This document shows positions 1 through 7,797 of a DNA stretch of 64,000 nt, piece by piece; positions within the stretch are counted from its first letter, which is position 1, and every line of letters starts with the position of its first letter. Source of the stretch: Arenicellales bacterium (GTDB lineage Bacteria > Pseudomonadota > Gammaproteobacteria > Arenicellales > Poriferihabitantaceae); contig OY843749.1 of assembly GCA_963693025.1 (NCBI GenBank), positions 2,957,617-3,021,616 on the forward strand. The letters run 5' to 3'. Below the pieces are notes generated by a model. It had not been told where the DNA came from, made no database searches, and saw nothing but the letters and a program-made list of their open reading frames with translations. The position numbers and the translations under genes are program-made.

Positions 1-1372
1 CATCGGGAGCGATGCGTGGTATCAGCCTGTGCCCGGAACGCCGCATGCGGTTTTCTGGTCTCCTTACGTCCTGTTCCACGCGCTCAACGCCGAAGTCGGC
101 GCTTGCTTTCTGCTGATGGTCGCCGCGTTTTTATTTTTCCAATCGCTGTTTGCGCCGGCAAAGCGCGACAAAGTCATCCTGTTATGCGCGTCCGCCTTCA
201 TCGTCGGTTTTGTCAGCAGCGTCGCCTCCTATTTCTTTCTGGCCGCGACCCTGATTAGTTTGGCAACGATTGCGTTCTTTGAATTTCACCGGATTAAAAA
301 CAAAACGCATCGACTGCTGGCGTGGCTCATCCCCGCCGCGTTGTTCACCGGCTGGATTTTTCTGCGCCCCGATTCCCCCGGCGGCTTGGCATACTACGCA
401 ATCGGCGTGCTGCCCATCGCCTATCTGTTGCTCTCCTTCGCCGTCAAAAACTTCTATCCGGCGATGCTGGCGGGCGCTTCTTTCGTTGCCGGCATACTCC
501 CCCAACTGCTTCCGACCCTGAAAGCCATCCTCGCCAACGACGCCTTCCTTGCATACCGCGAAACCTCATCGCAAGGCAACCTCAACGTCCCGTTCGTTGA
601 CGGGGTCATCGCCGCCGCGCCGTTTCTGATTCTCATCGCGGTTATCGTATGCCACACGCTGGCAACCAACACCCCGAATAAAAACCTGAAGCGCTCGCTG
701 GCGCTCGGTTGTTTGTATGGATTTTTTATGTTGAGTTGGAACAACGTCTGGGGATTTCAGCAGGAACCTTACCGGTTATGGCTCAACACGATCACCCTCT
801 CGGCGCTCATTCTCTCCCCGCTTTTTGCCGAAGCGCTGGTCGGCGCGTTCAAGGCGCTTCGCCGGGTTAACCTCCACCGCTTCCACCGTTTTGGCACGGC
901 GTCCCTGCTGGCGTTATTCATGGCGTTGTATGTCAATGCGCTTCCCGGATTCACCGTATTTGCGAATTCAGTGCAATTCATCAACGTTGACACGCCCGAC
1001 CTGCGCAGACAACTGTCGCTTATCAATTCAACCGATTACGCCGGCAGCGGCGCTTTGCTTTTGCTCGACCCCGGATGCCGCAGGATTTCTCCGTTGATAT
1101 TGAAAACCGCCGCGGAAGTCAATGTCGCGTATTACCGGCTTGGCATGGCATGGCCCGACAACAAAGCATTGCTCGACAAACTAAAACATCAGTTGGAGAC
1201 CGGCGCCGAACTGCAAGCCGGTGACTTAACCGCCGCCAACATTTTCGGCGTGCTGACACATTCCCAATGCCCGCCGCCGACCTTTCAGGCGGACGCGGCT
1301 GAAATAGTGCGCGAACCGGATAGCGGCGTTGGTGCGGACGATTACTATGCGTTGTATCGGGTAGTGGAATGA
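1..1372 (+). CDS. polytopic membrane protein, possible GT-C-type glycosyltransferase (probably 5'-truncated by window edge)
   Basis: ORF 29..1372 (GTG) stays open in the same frame back to nt 2, so the true start is probably left of the window. The translation is mostly hydrophobic helices followed by a soluble C-terminal domain. It lies in a glycosylation-type neighbourhood. No catalytic motif recognised. Confidence 0.45.
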   Translation, partial: IGSDAWYQPVPGTPHAVFWSPYVLFHALNAEVGACFLLMVAAFLFFQSLFAPAKRDKVILLCASAFIVGFVSSVASYFFLAATLISLATIAFFEFHRIKNKTHRLLAWLIPAALFTGWIFLRPDSPGGLAYYAIGVLPIAYLLLSFAVKNFYPAMLAGASFVAGILPQLLPTLKAILANDAFLAYRETSSQGNLNVPFVDGVIAAAPFLILIAVIVCHTLATNTPNKNLKRSLALGCLYGFFMLSWNNVWGFQQEPYRLWLNTITLSALILSPLFAEALVGAFKALRRVNLHRFHRFGTASLLALFMALYVNALPGFTVFANSVQFINVDTPDLRRQLSLINSTDYAGSGALLLLDPGCRRISPLILKTAAEVNVAYYRLGMAWPDNKALLDKLKHQLETGAELQAGDLTAANIFGVLTHSQCPPPTFQADAAEIVREPDSGVGADDYYALYRVVE

Positions 1373-1401
1373 CGTTGCCTGAAAAACAAGCATCCCAACT
1401 T

Positions 1402-1708
1402 CGTCATTCGAACGGTAGAAAAATAACCAACACCCCGTCATTCTCGAATGATAGAAAAATAGGGAGCGCCAGCGACCATATTTTTCATCACCTTCGGGAA
1501 TCTCCCTAAGGCTAGCGTGGACTTTACCGAAGCCCCTGCCAACCTTAGGGAGATTCCCGAGGACGCAAGTGTCCGGTAAGCCGCCGCTTAAAAGAAAAAG
1601 CGCGGCGGCAACGGACACTAACGCTCGAGAATGACGGGTATTTGGGAATGACGGGTACTTGGGAATGACGAGTACTTGGGAATGACGCGTACTTGGGAAT
1701 GACGGGGG
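1402..1708. repeat. MITE-like modular palindromic repeat, copy 1 (T-end to S-end orientation) with flanking end-module and tandem tail
   Basis: The core 1436..1636 (201 bp) has two ends. The T end is CGTCATTCTCGAATGATAGAAAAATAGGGAGC and the S end is ...GTGTCCGGTAAGCCGCCGC-loop-GCGGCGGCAACGGACACTAACGCTCGAGAATGACG. An internal 16-bp inverted repeat GGGAATCTCCCTAAGG/CCTTAGGGAGATTCCC is present. The same element is seen at 6 other sites in the window. Confidence 0.9.
1627..1708. repeat. 17-bp tandem repeat (4 full units plus 1 partial) of the repeat terminus GGGAATGACGNGTACTT
   Basis: Units at 1627-1643, 1644-1660, 1661-1677 and 1678-1694, plus a partial unit at 1695-1708. They differ only at 1-3 positions. 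Confidence 0.9.
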
Positions 1709-1720
1709 CGCCGAAGGCTG

Positions 1721-1749
1721 TTGCGGCGGCGGTGTGTCTTGTTTATACT
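1721..1749 (+). promoter_or_regulatory. sigma70-like promoter candidate (TTGCGG-17 bp-TATACT)
   Basis: -35 TTGCGG at 1721-1726 and -10 TATACT at 1744-1749, with exactly 17 bp spacing. It points toward the gene starting at 1959. The same TATACTCC -10 context precedes rpsF. Confidence 0.45.
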
Positions 1750-1839
1750 CCGCACGCGCCCGTCTCTTATCGCCTCTGACAATGCCGCCCACATCCTCTC
1801 GTTCACGCCGTAAGAAGGCGCGCAACCAAGCCACGCTTA

Positions 1840-1857
1840 CCCCCCCCCCCCCCCCCC
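1840..1857. repeat. homopolymeric C18 tract (G18 on minus strand)
   Basis: Direct count gives C at 1840 through 1857. The tract lies between the candidate promoter (1721-1749) and the ATG at 1959. Confidence 0.95.
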
Positions 1858-1958
1858 GAATTCTGACGCACGCCGTCACGACTTAGTTTGCCCGGCTAAA
1901 CCCGCCACGCGCCGCCGGTGGGCGGGGGTGGCTTTGCCTGATTTAAGCGCGTTGCGTT

Positions 1959-2516
1959 ATGCGTAAGTGCGTGCTGTTGTTGGGCGTGTCGGCCGCCGGA
2001 GTGGGGTTTTACTTGCTGGCTTATAGCGTCAAGCGGCGCTGGTTTGCGTCCGATATTGCGCTGACCGAGGGCGGGCATGTCCTGCTGGCGGTGATGCCGG
2101 TGGTGGTCGTTGCGTTGTGGGTTTTGTGGCGCAAGCGGTTGCTCGCGGTTGACGCTTGCGTGGCGGCGGGCGTGATTATTTTTCTCAGCGGACTGGTGTT
2201 CAATCTCATCGTGCCGTCGGTGTTCGACCGCTCGGTGAGTTTGTATTTGCTCAACACGGTTTATCACGCGCCCGACGGTCTGAGCGAAGCCGACATCCGC
2301 AACGAGTTCAACACGGTTTACTTCGGCGCCAACTACGGCATTAAAAAACGCCTGCGCGAGCAAACGCGCATGGGCAATATCGCGTTTGACGCCGGCGGTG
2401 ACGAGCGCTACCGCATCACAAAAAGCGGGCGGCGGATGATGAACATCGTGCGCTTTGCGCATCGGTTATACGCGCTCGACCCGCAAATCGTGCAGCCCAA
2501 AAACAGCCTGCGTTGA
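1959..2516 (+). CDS. hypothetical membrane protein
   Basis: ATG ORF of 185 aa with several N-terminal hydrophobic helices and a basic C-terminal region. Codon composition is typical of the core genome. No family recognised. Confidence 0.5.
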   Translation: MRKCVLLLGVSAAGVGFYLLAYSVKRRWFASDIALTEGGHVLLAVMPVVVVALWVLWRKRLLAVDACVAAGVIIFLSGLVFNLIVPSVFDRSVSLYLLNTVYHAPDGLSEADIRNEFNTVYFGANYGIKKRLREQTRMGNIAFDAGGDERYRITKSGRRMMNIVRFAHRLYALDPQIVQPKNSLR

Positions 2517-2532
2517 GCAACGGATAAGCGGC

Positions 2533-3873
2533 ATGGCAAAACGCAGAAGGGAGCGAAAATCCGGCGAGCGGAAACGCGCCGGGCGGGTAACCAAAGCGCG
2601 TCCGGCGCCCGTGCCTTACCGCCCGTTGGCGGGCGCGCAGGACGCTGAAGCGCGGCGCGCGGCGTTGTTGTGGATTGGCGGGGTGTGGCTGGCATCGCGG
2701 GTGGTGTTGACCGCGGTCGGTCTGTTTGCCAGGGCGACATTGGGTCTGGCGACGGAGGGGTGCGGCATTGATTCCGGGCATGCATGGCTCAATATTTGGG
2801 GCGCGTGGGATTCGGCTTGGTATTACGGCATCGCCGAGGACGGCTATGACAGCGAACCGCGGGCGGACGGCTACGCCAACTACAACTTCTTTCCGTTGTA
2901 TCCGTGGCTGGCGCGGCTCATCGGCTGGCCGCTCGGCGAGGGCGGGAGTTATGTCGGCGGCTTGCTGCTTTCCAACTTCGCGTTGCTGGCCGGCGCGTGG
3001 ATGTTATATCGCTGGCTGGAACTTGAAAAAGACCGTGACACCGCCAAAAAAGCCGTGCTGTTTATGTTCTTGTTCCCGACCGCCTATGTCTTCTCCGCGC
3101 TGATGACCGAGGCGCTGTTCATCGCGCTCAGCATCGGCGCATACTATTTCGCGCGTCGTGGCAACTGGATGCTGGCCGGCGCGCTCGGCGGCTTGAGCGC
3201 GATGACGCGCTCGCTGGGGCTGTTCATCGCGCCGTTGCTGGCGTGGGAATACTTGCGCCAACAATACTGGCGCACCACATCCGCTCCCCCGAGTTTTTCG
3301 CTTCAAGCCGCGCGGCGTTTGCTCATGGCGCTTGACTTCCGCATCCTGTGGCTGGGGCTGGTGCCGGCGGGCTTGGGCGTGTTCATCGTGGTTTGCTGGC
3401 AAGTGACCGGCGACCCGCTGGCGTTCGTCACCATCCAAAAAGATGCGTGGACGCATGGCGGGGAGCAGGGCGTCAACCCGCTGGCGGTGCTGGCGCGCTC
3501 GTTTGATTATTTGTCCACCGTGGCGACGAATGTGGACGAGCGGGTTGCGCTGTTCGGGCTGGACCGCCGCATTATCGGGATAATTTACGGCGCGCTGCTT
3601 TCCATTGCGGTGTTCGCGCTGCTGCTCGCCGGGTGCAAGAAAATCGGCGCGCCGCTCACGCTGTGGTCGATGGCGATGGTGCTGCTGCCGTTGTCGTCGG
3701 CTTACCGCTCGACCTATTCGATGCCGCGCTATCTGGCGGTCATCTTCCCGTTGTTCGTCATCTTCGCGGCGCTGAAGTGGCGCGGTTTTTTATGGGCGGT
3801 CGCCATCGCGCTCGCACTACTGCAGTTGCTCACTTGGTCGCTGTGGACGGTGTGCATTGGCGTCGCTATCTGA
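2533..3873 (+). CDS. GT-C fold membrane glycosyltransferase, PIG-V / Mannosyl_trans2-like
   Basis: The ATG at 2533 (MAKRRRERK...) lies just after the previous stop. Many TM helices are present. The motif WDSAWYYGIAEDGY followed by NFFPLYPW resembles the conserved periplasmic loop I remember for PIG-V-like/DUF2029-like bacterial mannosyltransferases. Confidence 0.55.
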   Translation: MAKRRRERKSGERKRAGRVTKARPAPVPYRPLAGAQDAEARRAALLWIGGVWLASRVVLTAVGLFARATLGLATEGCGIDSGHAWLNIWGAWDSAWYYGIAEDGYDSEPRADGYANYNFFPLYPWLARLIGWPLGEGGSYVGGLLLSNFALLAGAWMLYRWLELEKDRDTAKKAVLFMFLFPTAYVFSALMTEALFIALSIGAYYFARRGNWMLAGALGGLSAMTRSLGLFIAPLLAWEYLRQQYWRTTSAPPSFSLQAARRLLMALDFRILWLGLVPAGLGVFIVVCWQVTGDPLAFVTIQKDAWTHGGEQGVNPLAVLARSFDYLSTVATNVDERVALFGLDRRIIGIIYGALLSIAVFALLLAGCKKIGAPLTLWSMAMVLLPLSSAYRSTYSMPRYLAVIFPLFVIFAALKWRGFLWAVAIALALLQLLTWSLWTVCIGVAI

Positions 3874-3877
3874 GGCA

Positions 3878-5380
3878 ATGAGCCCGCATGACGAACAACG
3901 CGCGGCGGGCGCGGCTGAAGCGGACACCGCGCCGCTGGTCTGCGATGTGGACGGCACGCTGTTGCGCGGCGATTTGCTAATCGAAGGCGTGCTGCGCTTG
4001 CTGGCGGAGGAGCCGCAAATGCTGCTGCGGTTGCCGGGCTGGTTGGCGCGCGGGCGCGCGCACTTGAAGCGCAAGGTGGCGGAGGCGGTGGAGTTGCCGC
4101 CCGACACGCTGGTGTTCGCGCCGCCGGTGCTGGCTGAGCTCAAAGCCGCCGGCGCCGCCGGGCGCGAGGTCTGGCTGGCATCGGCGGCCGATGCGCGCGC
4201 GGTGGCGCCGCTCGCCCGGCGCGTTGCGGCGCGCGGTTATGTGGCGTCGGACGGCGCGGTTAATCTGGCCGGGCGCGCCAAAGCCGAGGCGCTGGTGGCG
4301 CGCTTCGGCGAGCGCGGCTTTGACTACATCGGCGATGCGCGCCGCGACCTCGCGGTGTGGCGGCATGCGCGCCGCGCCATCGGCATCAACTTGCCGCGCC
4401 GCCTGCAACGCCGCGTGCGCGCGCTCGACCGTGAGGCGCGTTTTCTGGCAACCGACGACGGCGGCGTGCGCGCTTATCTGAACGCGCTGCGCCCGTATCA
4501 GTGGCTGAAGAACGCCCTGGTGTTTGCGCCGTTGCTCGCCGACCACAGCGTTGCGCCCGCGCCGTATCTGGCGGCGGCGGTGTTGTTCGTGGCGCTCTCG
4601 GCGTGCGCGTCGGGGGCGTATATTTTCAACGACCTGCGCGACCTCGCGCACGACCGCCGCCACCCGCGCAAACGCCACCGCGCGCTGGCATCCGGCGCGT
4701 TGCGGTTGTTGCCCGCCATCGCCCTCAGCGCGCTGTTGATGAGCGCCGGCGTCGCGCTGGCGTTCGCGCTGTCCGCCACCGCCGGGCGCTGGGCGCTGGG
4801 CTACCTGCTGATTACGCTCGCCTATTCGCTGTGGCTCAAAACCAAACTGTATGCCGATGTGGTGACGCTCGGGCTGCTGTATACATTGCGCGTGCTGGCA
4901 GGTGGCGCGGTGGCGTCGGTCACGCCGTCGCACTGGCTGCTGGCGTTTTCCATCTTCTTGTTCCTCGCGCTGGCAATCACCAAGCGCCAAGCCGAGTTGC
5001 ACCGCATGTTCGAATCCGCCCCATCGCGCGACTCCGGGCGTGGAGCAGGACGTGGCTCCGGGCGCGATTTCGGGCGCGACTATTTCGCCGCCGACCGGCT
5101 CGCGCTGGCGGCGCTCAATGCCGCCAGCGGCATCGCTGCGGTGGTGGTGATGCTGTTGTATTTCCATAGCCCCGAACTGTCCGCGCGCTATGTGCGCTCG
5201 GAGTTGTTGTGGCTGCTCTGCCCGCTCATTCTCTACTGGCTCGGGCGCATCACACTGCTGGCGGGGCGCGGCGCGATGCACGACGACCCGCTGGTCTTCA
5301 CGTTGCGCGACAAAGCCAGTTGGCTATGCGGCGCGGGCGCGCTGGCGGTGCTGGTCGCCGCCAGCGGGGGCGCCGGATGA
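3878..5380 (+). CDS. HAD-phosphatase domain fused to UbiA-family polyprenyl-phosphate phosphoribosyltransferase (DPPR-synthase-like)
   Basis: The N-terminus has the HAD motif I, VCDVDGTLL. The C-terminal half is polytopic and carries the UbiA signature NDLRDLAHDRRHPRKRHRALASG. Start could be ATG 3878, or alternatively TTG 3857. The stop overlaps the next start (ATGA at 5377-5380). Confidence 0.7.
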   Translation: MSPHDEQRAAGAAEADTAPLVCDVDGTLLRGDLLIEGVLRLLAEEPQMLLRLPGWLARGRAHLKRKVAEAVELPPDTLVFAPPVLAELKAAGAAGREVWLASAADARAVAPLARRVAARGYVASDGAVNLAGRAKAEALVARFGERGFDYIGDARRDLAVWRHARRAIGINLPRRLQRRVRALDREARFLATDDGGVRAYLNALRPYQWLKNALVFAPLLADHSVAPAPYLAAAVLFVALSACASGAYIFNDLRDLAHDRRHPRKRHRALASGALRLLPAIALSALLMSAGVALAFALSATAGRWALGYLLITLAYSLWLKTKLYADVVTLGLLYTLRVLAGGAVASVTPSHWLLAFSIFLFLALAITKRQAELHRMFESAPSRDSGRGAGRGSGRDFGRDYFAADRLALAALNAASGIAAVVVMLLYFHSPELSARYVRSELLWLLCPLILYWLGRITLLAGRGAMHDDPLVFTLRDKASWLCGAGALAVLVAASGGAG

Positions 5381-5727
5381 CGGTGGCGCTCATCCTGCTG
5401 TCGGTGGGGCTCAACGCGCTGGCGCAAATCTTCCTGCGCGCCGCCATGCGCGAGGCGGAAATCGTCTGGTCGCTCGGCTTCTTTCTTGGCAAAGCGCTCT
5501 CGCCGGCGATGCTCGGCGGGCTGGCGTGCTACGCCCTCAGCATCTTTTTGTGGCTGGCGGTGCTGGCGCGCGTGCAGGTCTCCGTCGCCTATCCGTTTCA
5601 AGCGCTCGGCTATGTATTCGCCGCCGTGGTCGCGTGGCGCTTTCTGGGCGAAGGCGTGAGCGCGCTCAACTTGCTCGGCTTAGGCTTAATTTGCGCCGGC
5701 GTGGTGGTGCTGGCGCGCGCCGCCTGA
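5377..5727 (+). CDS. small 4-TM EamA/SMR-like protein (ArnE/ArnF-like polyprenyl-P-sugar flippase subunit candidate)
   Basis: The internal ATG at 5377 of ORF 5209..5727 gives 116 aa, MTVALILLSVGLNALAQIFLR..., with four hydrophobic helices. It is translationally coupled on both sides (ATGA at 5377-5380 and TGATG at 5725-5729). Confidence 0.6.
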   Translation: MTVALILLSVGLNALAQIFLRAAMREAEIVWSLGFFLGKALSPAMLGGLACYALSIFLWLAVLARVQVSVAYPFQALGYVFAAVVAWRFLGEGVSALNLLGLGLICAGVVVLARAA

Positions 5728-6716
5728 TGCCCGGCGATTGCGTCATCGTCGGCGGCTGCGGTTTCCTCGGCACTGCGCTGACGCGGCGGCTGGCGGCGCC
5801 GGGGAAGGGCGGCGGCGCGCGCGTGGTGGTCATCGACCGCCAAGCGCCGGCGGCGCCTTGTGCCGGGGTGGACTATCACACCGCCGACATCCGCGACGCC
5901 GCCGCGTTGCTGCGCTTGGCGCGGGCGTGTCCGCCGGGCGCGTGGGTCGTCAATCTGGCGGCGCGCCAGTATCAAGCCGCCATCCCCCGCCGCGGGCGCG
6001 CGCAGTGGTTCGCCGGCGTCAATGTAGACGGCGCGTTGCATGTCGGCCGCCTCGCGGCTGAAATCCGCGCCGCCGGCTGGGTGCAGTTCTCCACCGACAT
6101 GGTCTATGGCTTGCCGCGCGCGGTGCCGGTCGGCGAAGACCACCCGCACAACCCGGTTGGCGAATACGGCGCGTCCAAAGCGCAAATGGAGCGGCGCGTG
6201 CGCGCGTTCGCCAATGCTCACCGCATCCCGCTGACCCTCTTCCGCCCGCGCCTGATTTCGGGACCCGGACGCCTCGGCGTATTCACCCGGCTGTTTGCGC
6301 TCATCCACCGCCACCGCCCGCTGCCCCTCATCGGCAACGGCCGCAACTTCTATCAAATGGTCGCGGTGGAAGATTGCGCGCGCGCGGTGCTGTGCGCCAT
6401 TGAGCGCGGTTGCCCGAACACGGTTTACAACCTCGGCTCGACCCCAACGCTGTGTGTTCGTGACTTGCTCACCGCGTTGCGCGACCGCGTCCAATCCCGC
6501 TCCCCCCTCGTCCCCCTCCCCGCGGCCCCGGTGCGCGCCGCGCTGCGCACGCTCGCGCTGTTCGGCGTTGAGCCGCTCTATCCCGAACAATACCAACTCG
6601 CCGACCGCCACTTCATCGTCACCACCCAAAAAGCCCAGAGCGAACTCAACTGGCAGCCGTCTCGCGATGACCTGGAAATGCTCGTCGACGCCTACCGCTA
6701 CTGGGAGCGCCTGTGA
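5727..6716 (+). CDS. NAD-dependent epimerase/dehydratase (extended SDR)
   Basis: ATG 5727 gives [22 protein letters not shown] (a GxxGxxG Rossmann motif) and a YGASK catalytic motif (EYGASKAQ). The ORF-track entry 5190..6716 is the same frame with a spurious N-terminal extension. Confidence 0.8.
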   Translation: MPGDCVIVGGCGFLGTALTRRLAAPGKGGGARVVVIDRQAPAAPCAGVDYHTADIRDAAALLRLARACPPGAWVVNLAARQYQAAIPRRGRAQWFAGVNVDGALHVGRLAAEIRAAGWVQFSTDMVYGLPRAVPVGEDHPHNPVGEYGASKAQMERRVRAFANAHRIPLTLFRPRLISGPGRLGVFTRLFALIHRHRPLPLIGNGRNFYQMVAVEDCARAVLCAIERGCPNTVYNLGSTPTLCVRDLLTALRDRVQSRSPLVPLPAAPVRAALRTLALFGVEPLYPEQYQLADRHFIVTTQKAQSELNWQPSRDDLEMLVDAYRYWERL

Positions 6717-6741
6717 AACCTCGCGGTTGATTTTAGTTGGG

Positions 6742-6770
6742 TTGCCCTGCGCGCGCGACTCGGGTATACT
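6742..6770 (+). promoter_or_regulatory. sigma70-like promoter candidate for rpsF operon (TTGCCC-17 bp-TATACT)
   Basis: -35 at 6742-6747 and -10 at 6765-6770, with 17 bp spacing, about 90 nt upstream of the rpsF ATG. Confidence 0.5.
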
Positions 6771-6861
6771 CCGCCGCACAACTTTCAATCAACTCCTTTC
6801 TTCACCGCCGCCTTCATCAACACGCGCGGGAAGATATAACCCGTGGGGAGAAGCAAAATCC

Positions 6862-7545
6862 ATGAGACATTACGAAATCGTGTTGCTGGTCCATCCCGAC
6901 CAGAGCGAGCAGGCGCCGGCGATGCTGGAGAAGTACAAGGAGATGGTGACCGCCGAAAAGGGGGTGGTTCATCGCGCTGAGGATTGGGGCAGGCGGCGCT
7001 TGGCGTATATGATTAACGAGATTTACAAAGCGCATTACATTATGCTCAATGTGGAGTGCGGCTTGGAGACGCTGCGCGAACTTGAGAAGAATTTCAAGTT
7101 CAACGATTCCATCGTGCGCAGTTTGGTGATTCGGCGCACGCGCGCGATTAGCGAGCAATCCGCGCTCGCCAGGGCGAAAGTGGAAGAGGACAGGATGGAG
7201 GCGGAGAAGGAAGCGGCGCAGCGCAAGGAGGCGGCGAAACGCCAGAGCGCCGAGGCGGCGAAACCGCCGCCTTCGGAGCCGGAAGCCGAACCGAAAGCCG
7301 AACCGAAAGCCGAACCGGAAGCCGCCGAGCCGGTTGAGGCGAAGGACGATAACGCGGATGAAAGCGCCGGCGAAGAGTCCGGCAAAAAAACCGGCGAAGC
7401 CGCCGGCGACGAGGTCGGCGAAGCGGTTGTCGAAGCGCCTGATAAAAAAACCGACGCGAAGGCGGACGACAAACCGGATGAAGTCAAATCCGAATCCGAA
7501 CCCGAACCCGAATCCGAACCCGAAGCACAACCGGAGAAAGTCTGA
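6862..7545 (+). CDS. rpsF: 30S ribosomal protein S6 with long acidic C-terminal extension
   Basis: Starts [17 protein letters not shown]..., a canonical S6 N-terminus. It is 227 aa, roughly 90 aa longer than E. coli S6, because of an E/A/K/P/D-rich tail. The stop overlaps the rpsR start. Confidence 0.93.
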   Translation: MRHYEIVLLVHPDQSEQAPAMLEKYKEMVTAEKGVVHRAEDWGRRRLAYMINEIYKAHYIMLNVECGLETLRELEKNFKFNDSIVRSLVIRRTRAISEQSALARAKVEEDRMEAEKEAAQRKEAAKRQSAEAAKPPPSEPEAEPKAEPKAEPEAAEPVEAKDDNADESAGEESGKKTGEAAGDEVGEAVVEAPDKKTDAKADDKPDEVKSESEPEPESEPEAQPEKV

Positions 7546-7775
7546 TGGCAAGATTTCAACGCCGACCGCGCTTTTGTAAATTCACCGCCGAGGGGATTGA
7601 GTCCATCGACTACAAGGACTTGGACATTCTCAAAGCCAATATCAGCGAAACCGGCAAGATTTTGCCGCGGCGCAGCACCGGCACCAAGGCGCATTTCCAG
7701 AGGCAACTGGCGAGGGCAATCAAGCGCGCGCGCTATCTGGCGATGATTCCTTACACCGACCAACACGACAACTAG
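7545..7775 (+). CDS. rpsR: 30S ribosomal protein S18
   Basis: [30 protein letters not shown]...[20 protein letters not shown] is a canonical S18 sequence. Confidence 0.95.
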   Translation: MARFQRRPRFCKFTAEGIESIDYKDLDILKANISETGKILPRRSTGTKAHFQRQLARAIKRARYLAMIPYTDQHDN

Positions 7776-7797
7776 GCTCAGGCAATCAGAGGACAGG

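Noticed and set aside
1402-1708. Possibility that the dispersed repeats or the 17-bp tandem array represent a CRISPR array.
   Set aside because: The dispersed copies are kilobases apart. The tandem array has no unique spacers and its units are too short. No cas genes are in the window.
1226-1879. ORFs running through the repeat copies (1226..1879, 13110..13319, 35759..36124, 42369..42668, 56131..56373, 56238..56480). They share peptides such as RHSRALVSVAAALFLLSGGL.
   Set aside because: The shared peptide is just the translation of the same repeated DNA in whichever orientation it lies. The frames are broken differently in each copy, and no start or RBS is conserved.
3977-5281. 434-aa ORF antisense to the HAD-UbiA gene. 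Similar long antisense or alternative-frame ORFs were seen at 5610..6788, 10573..11352, 11664..12692, 16772..17887, 23845..24969, 25059..26264, 28467..29813, 30322..31791, 31755..32795, 36270..37475, 37560..38795, 39483..40709, 40150..41601, 42775..43827 and 44434..45837.
   Set aside because: Their translations are Arg/Ala/Gly/Pro-rich low-complexity strings with no recognisable motifs. Each overlaps a gene with clear family signatures on the other strand or frame. This is the usual stop-codon-poor shadow-ORF artefact of GC-rich DNA.
5190-6716. 508-aa ORF suggesting a much larger protein than the SDR. The same issue applies to 6295..7545 for rpsF, 13601..14755 for dapD, 47205..49391 for acetoacetyl-CoA synthetase, 11613..13067 for radA and 9793..10455.
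   Set aside because: The upstream extensions overlap the preceding genes, translate to low-complexity sequence, and precede internal ATGs that reproduce canonical N-termini. Trimmed coordinates are used instead.
7545-7548. Absence of priB between rpsF and rpsR.
   Set aside because: E. coli has rpsF-priB-rpsR-rplI, but many gammaproteobacteria (e.g. pseudomonads) lack priB here. This is not unusual.
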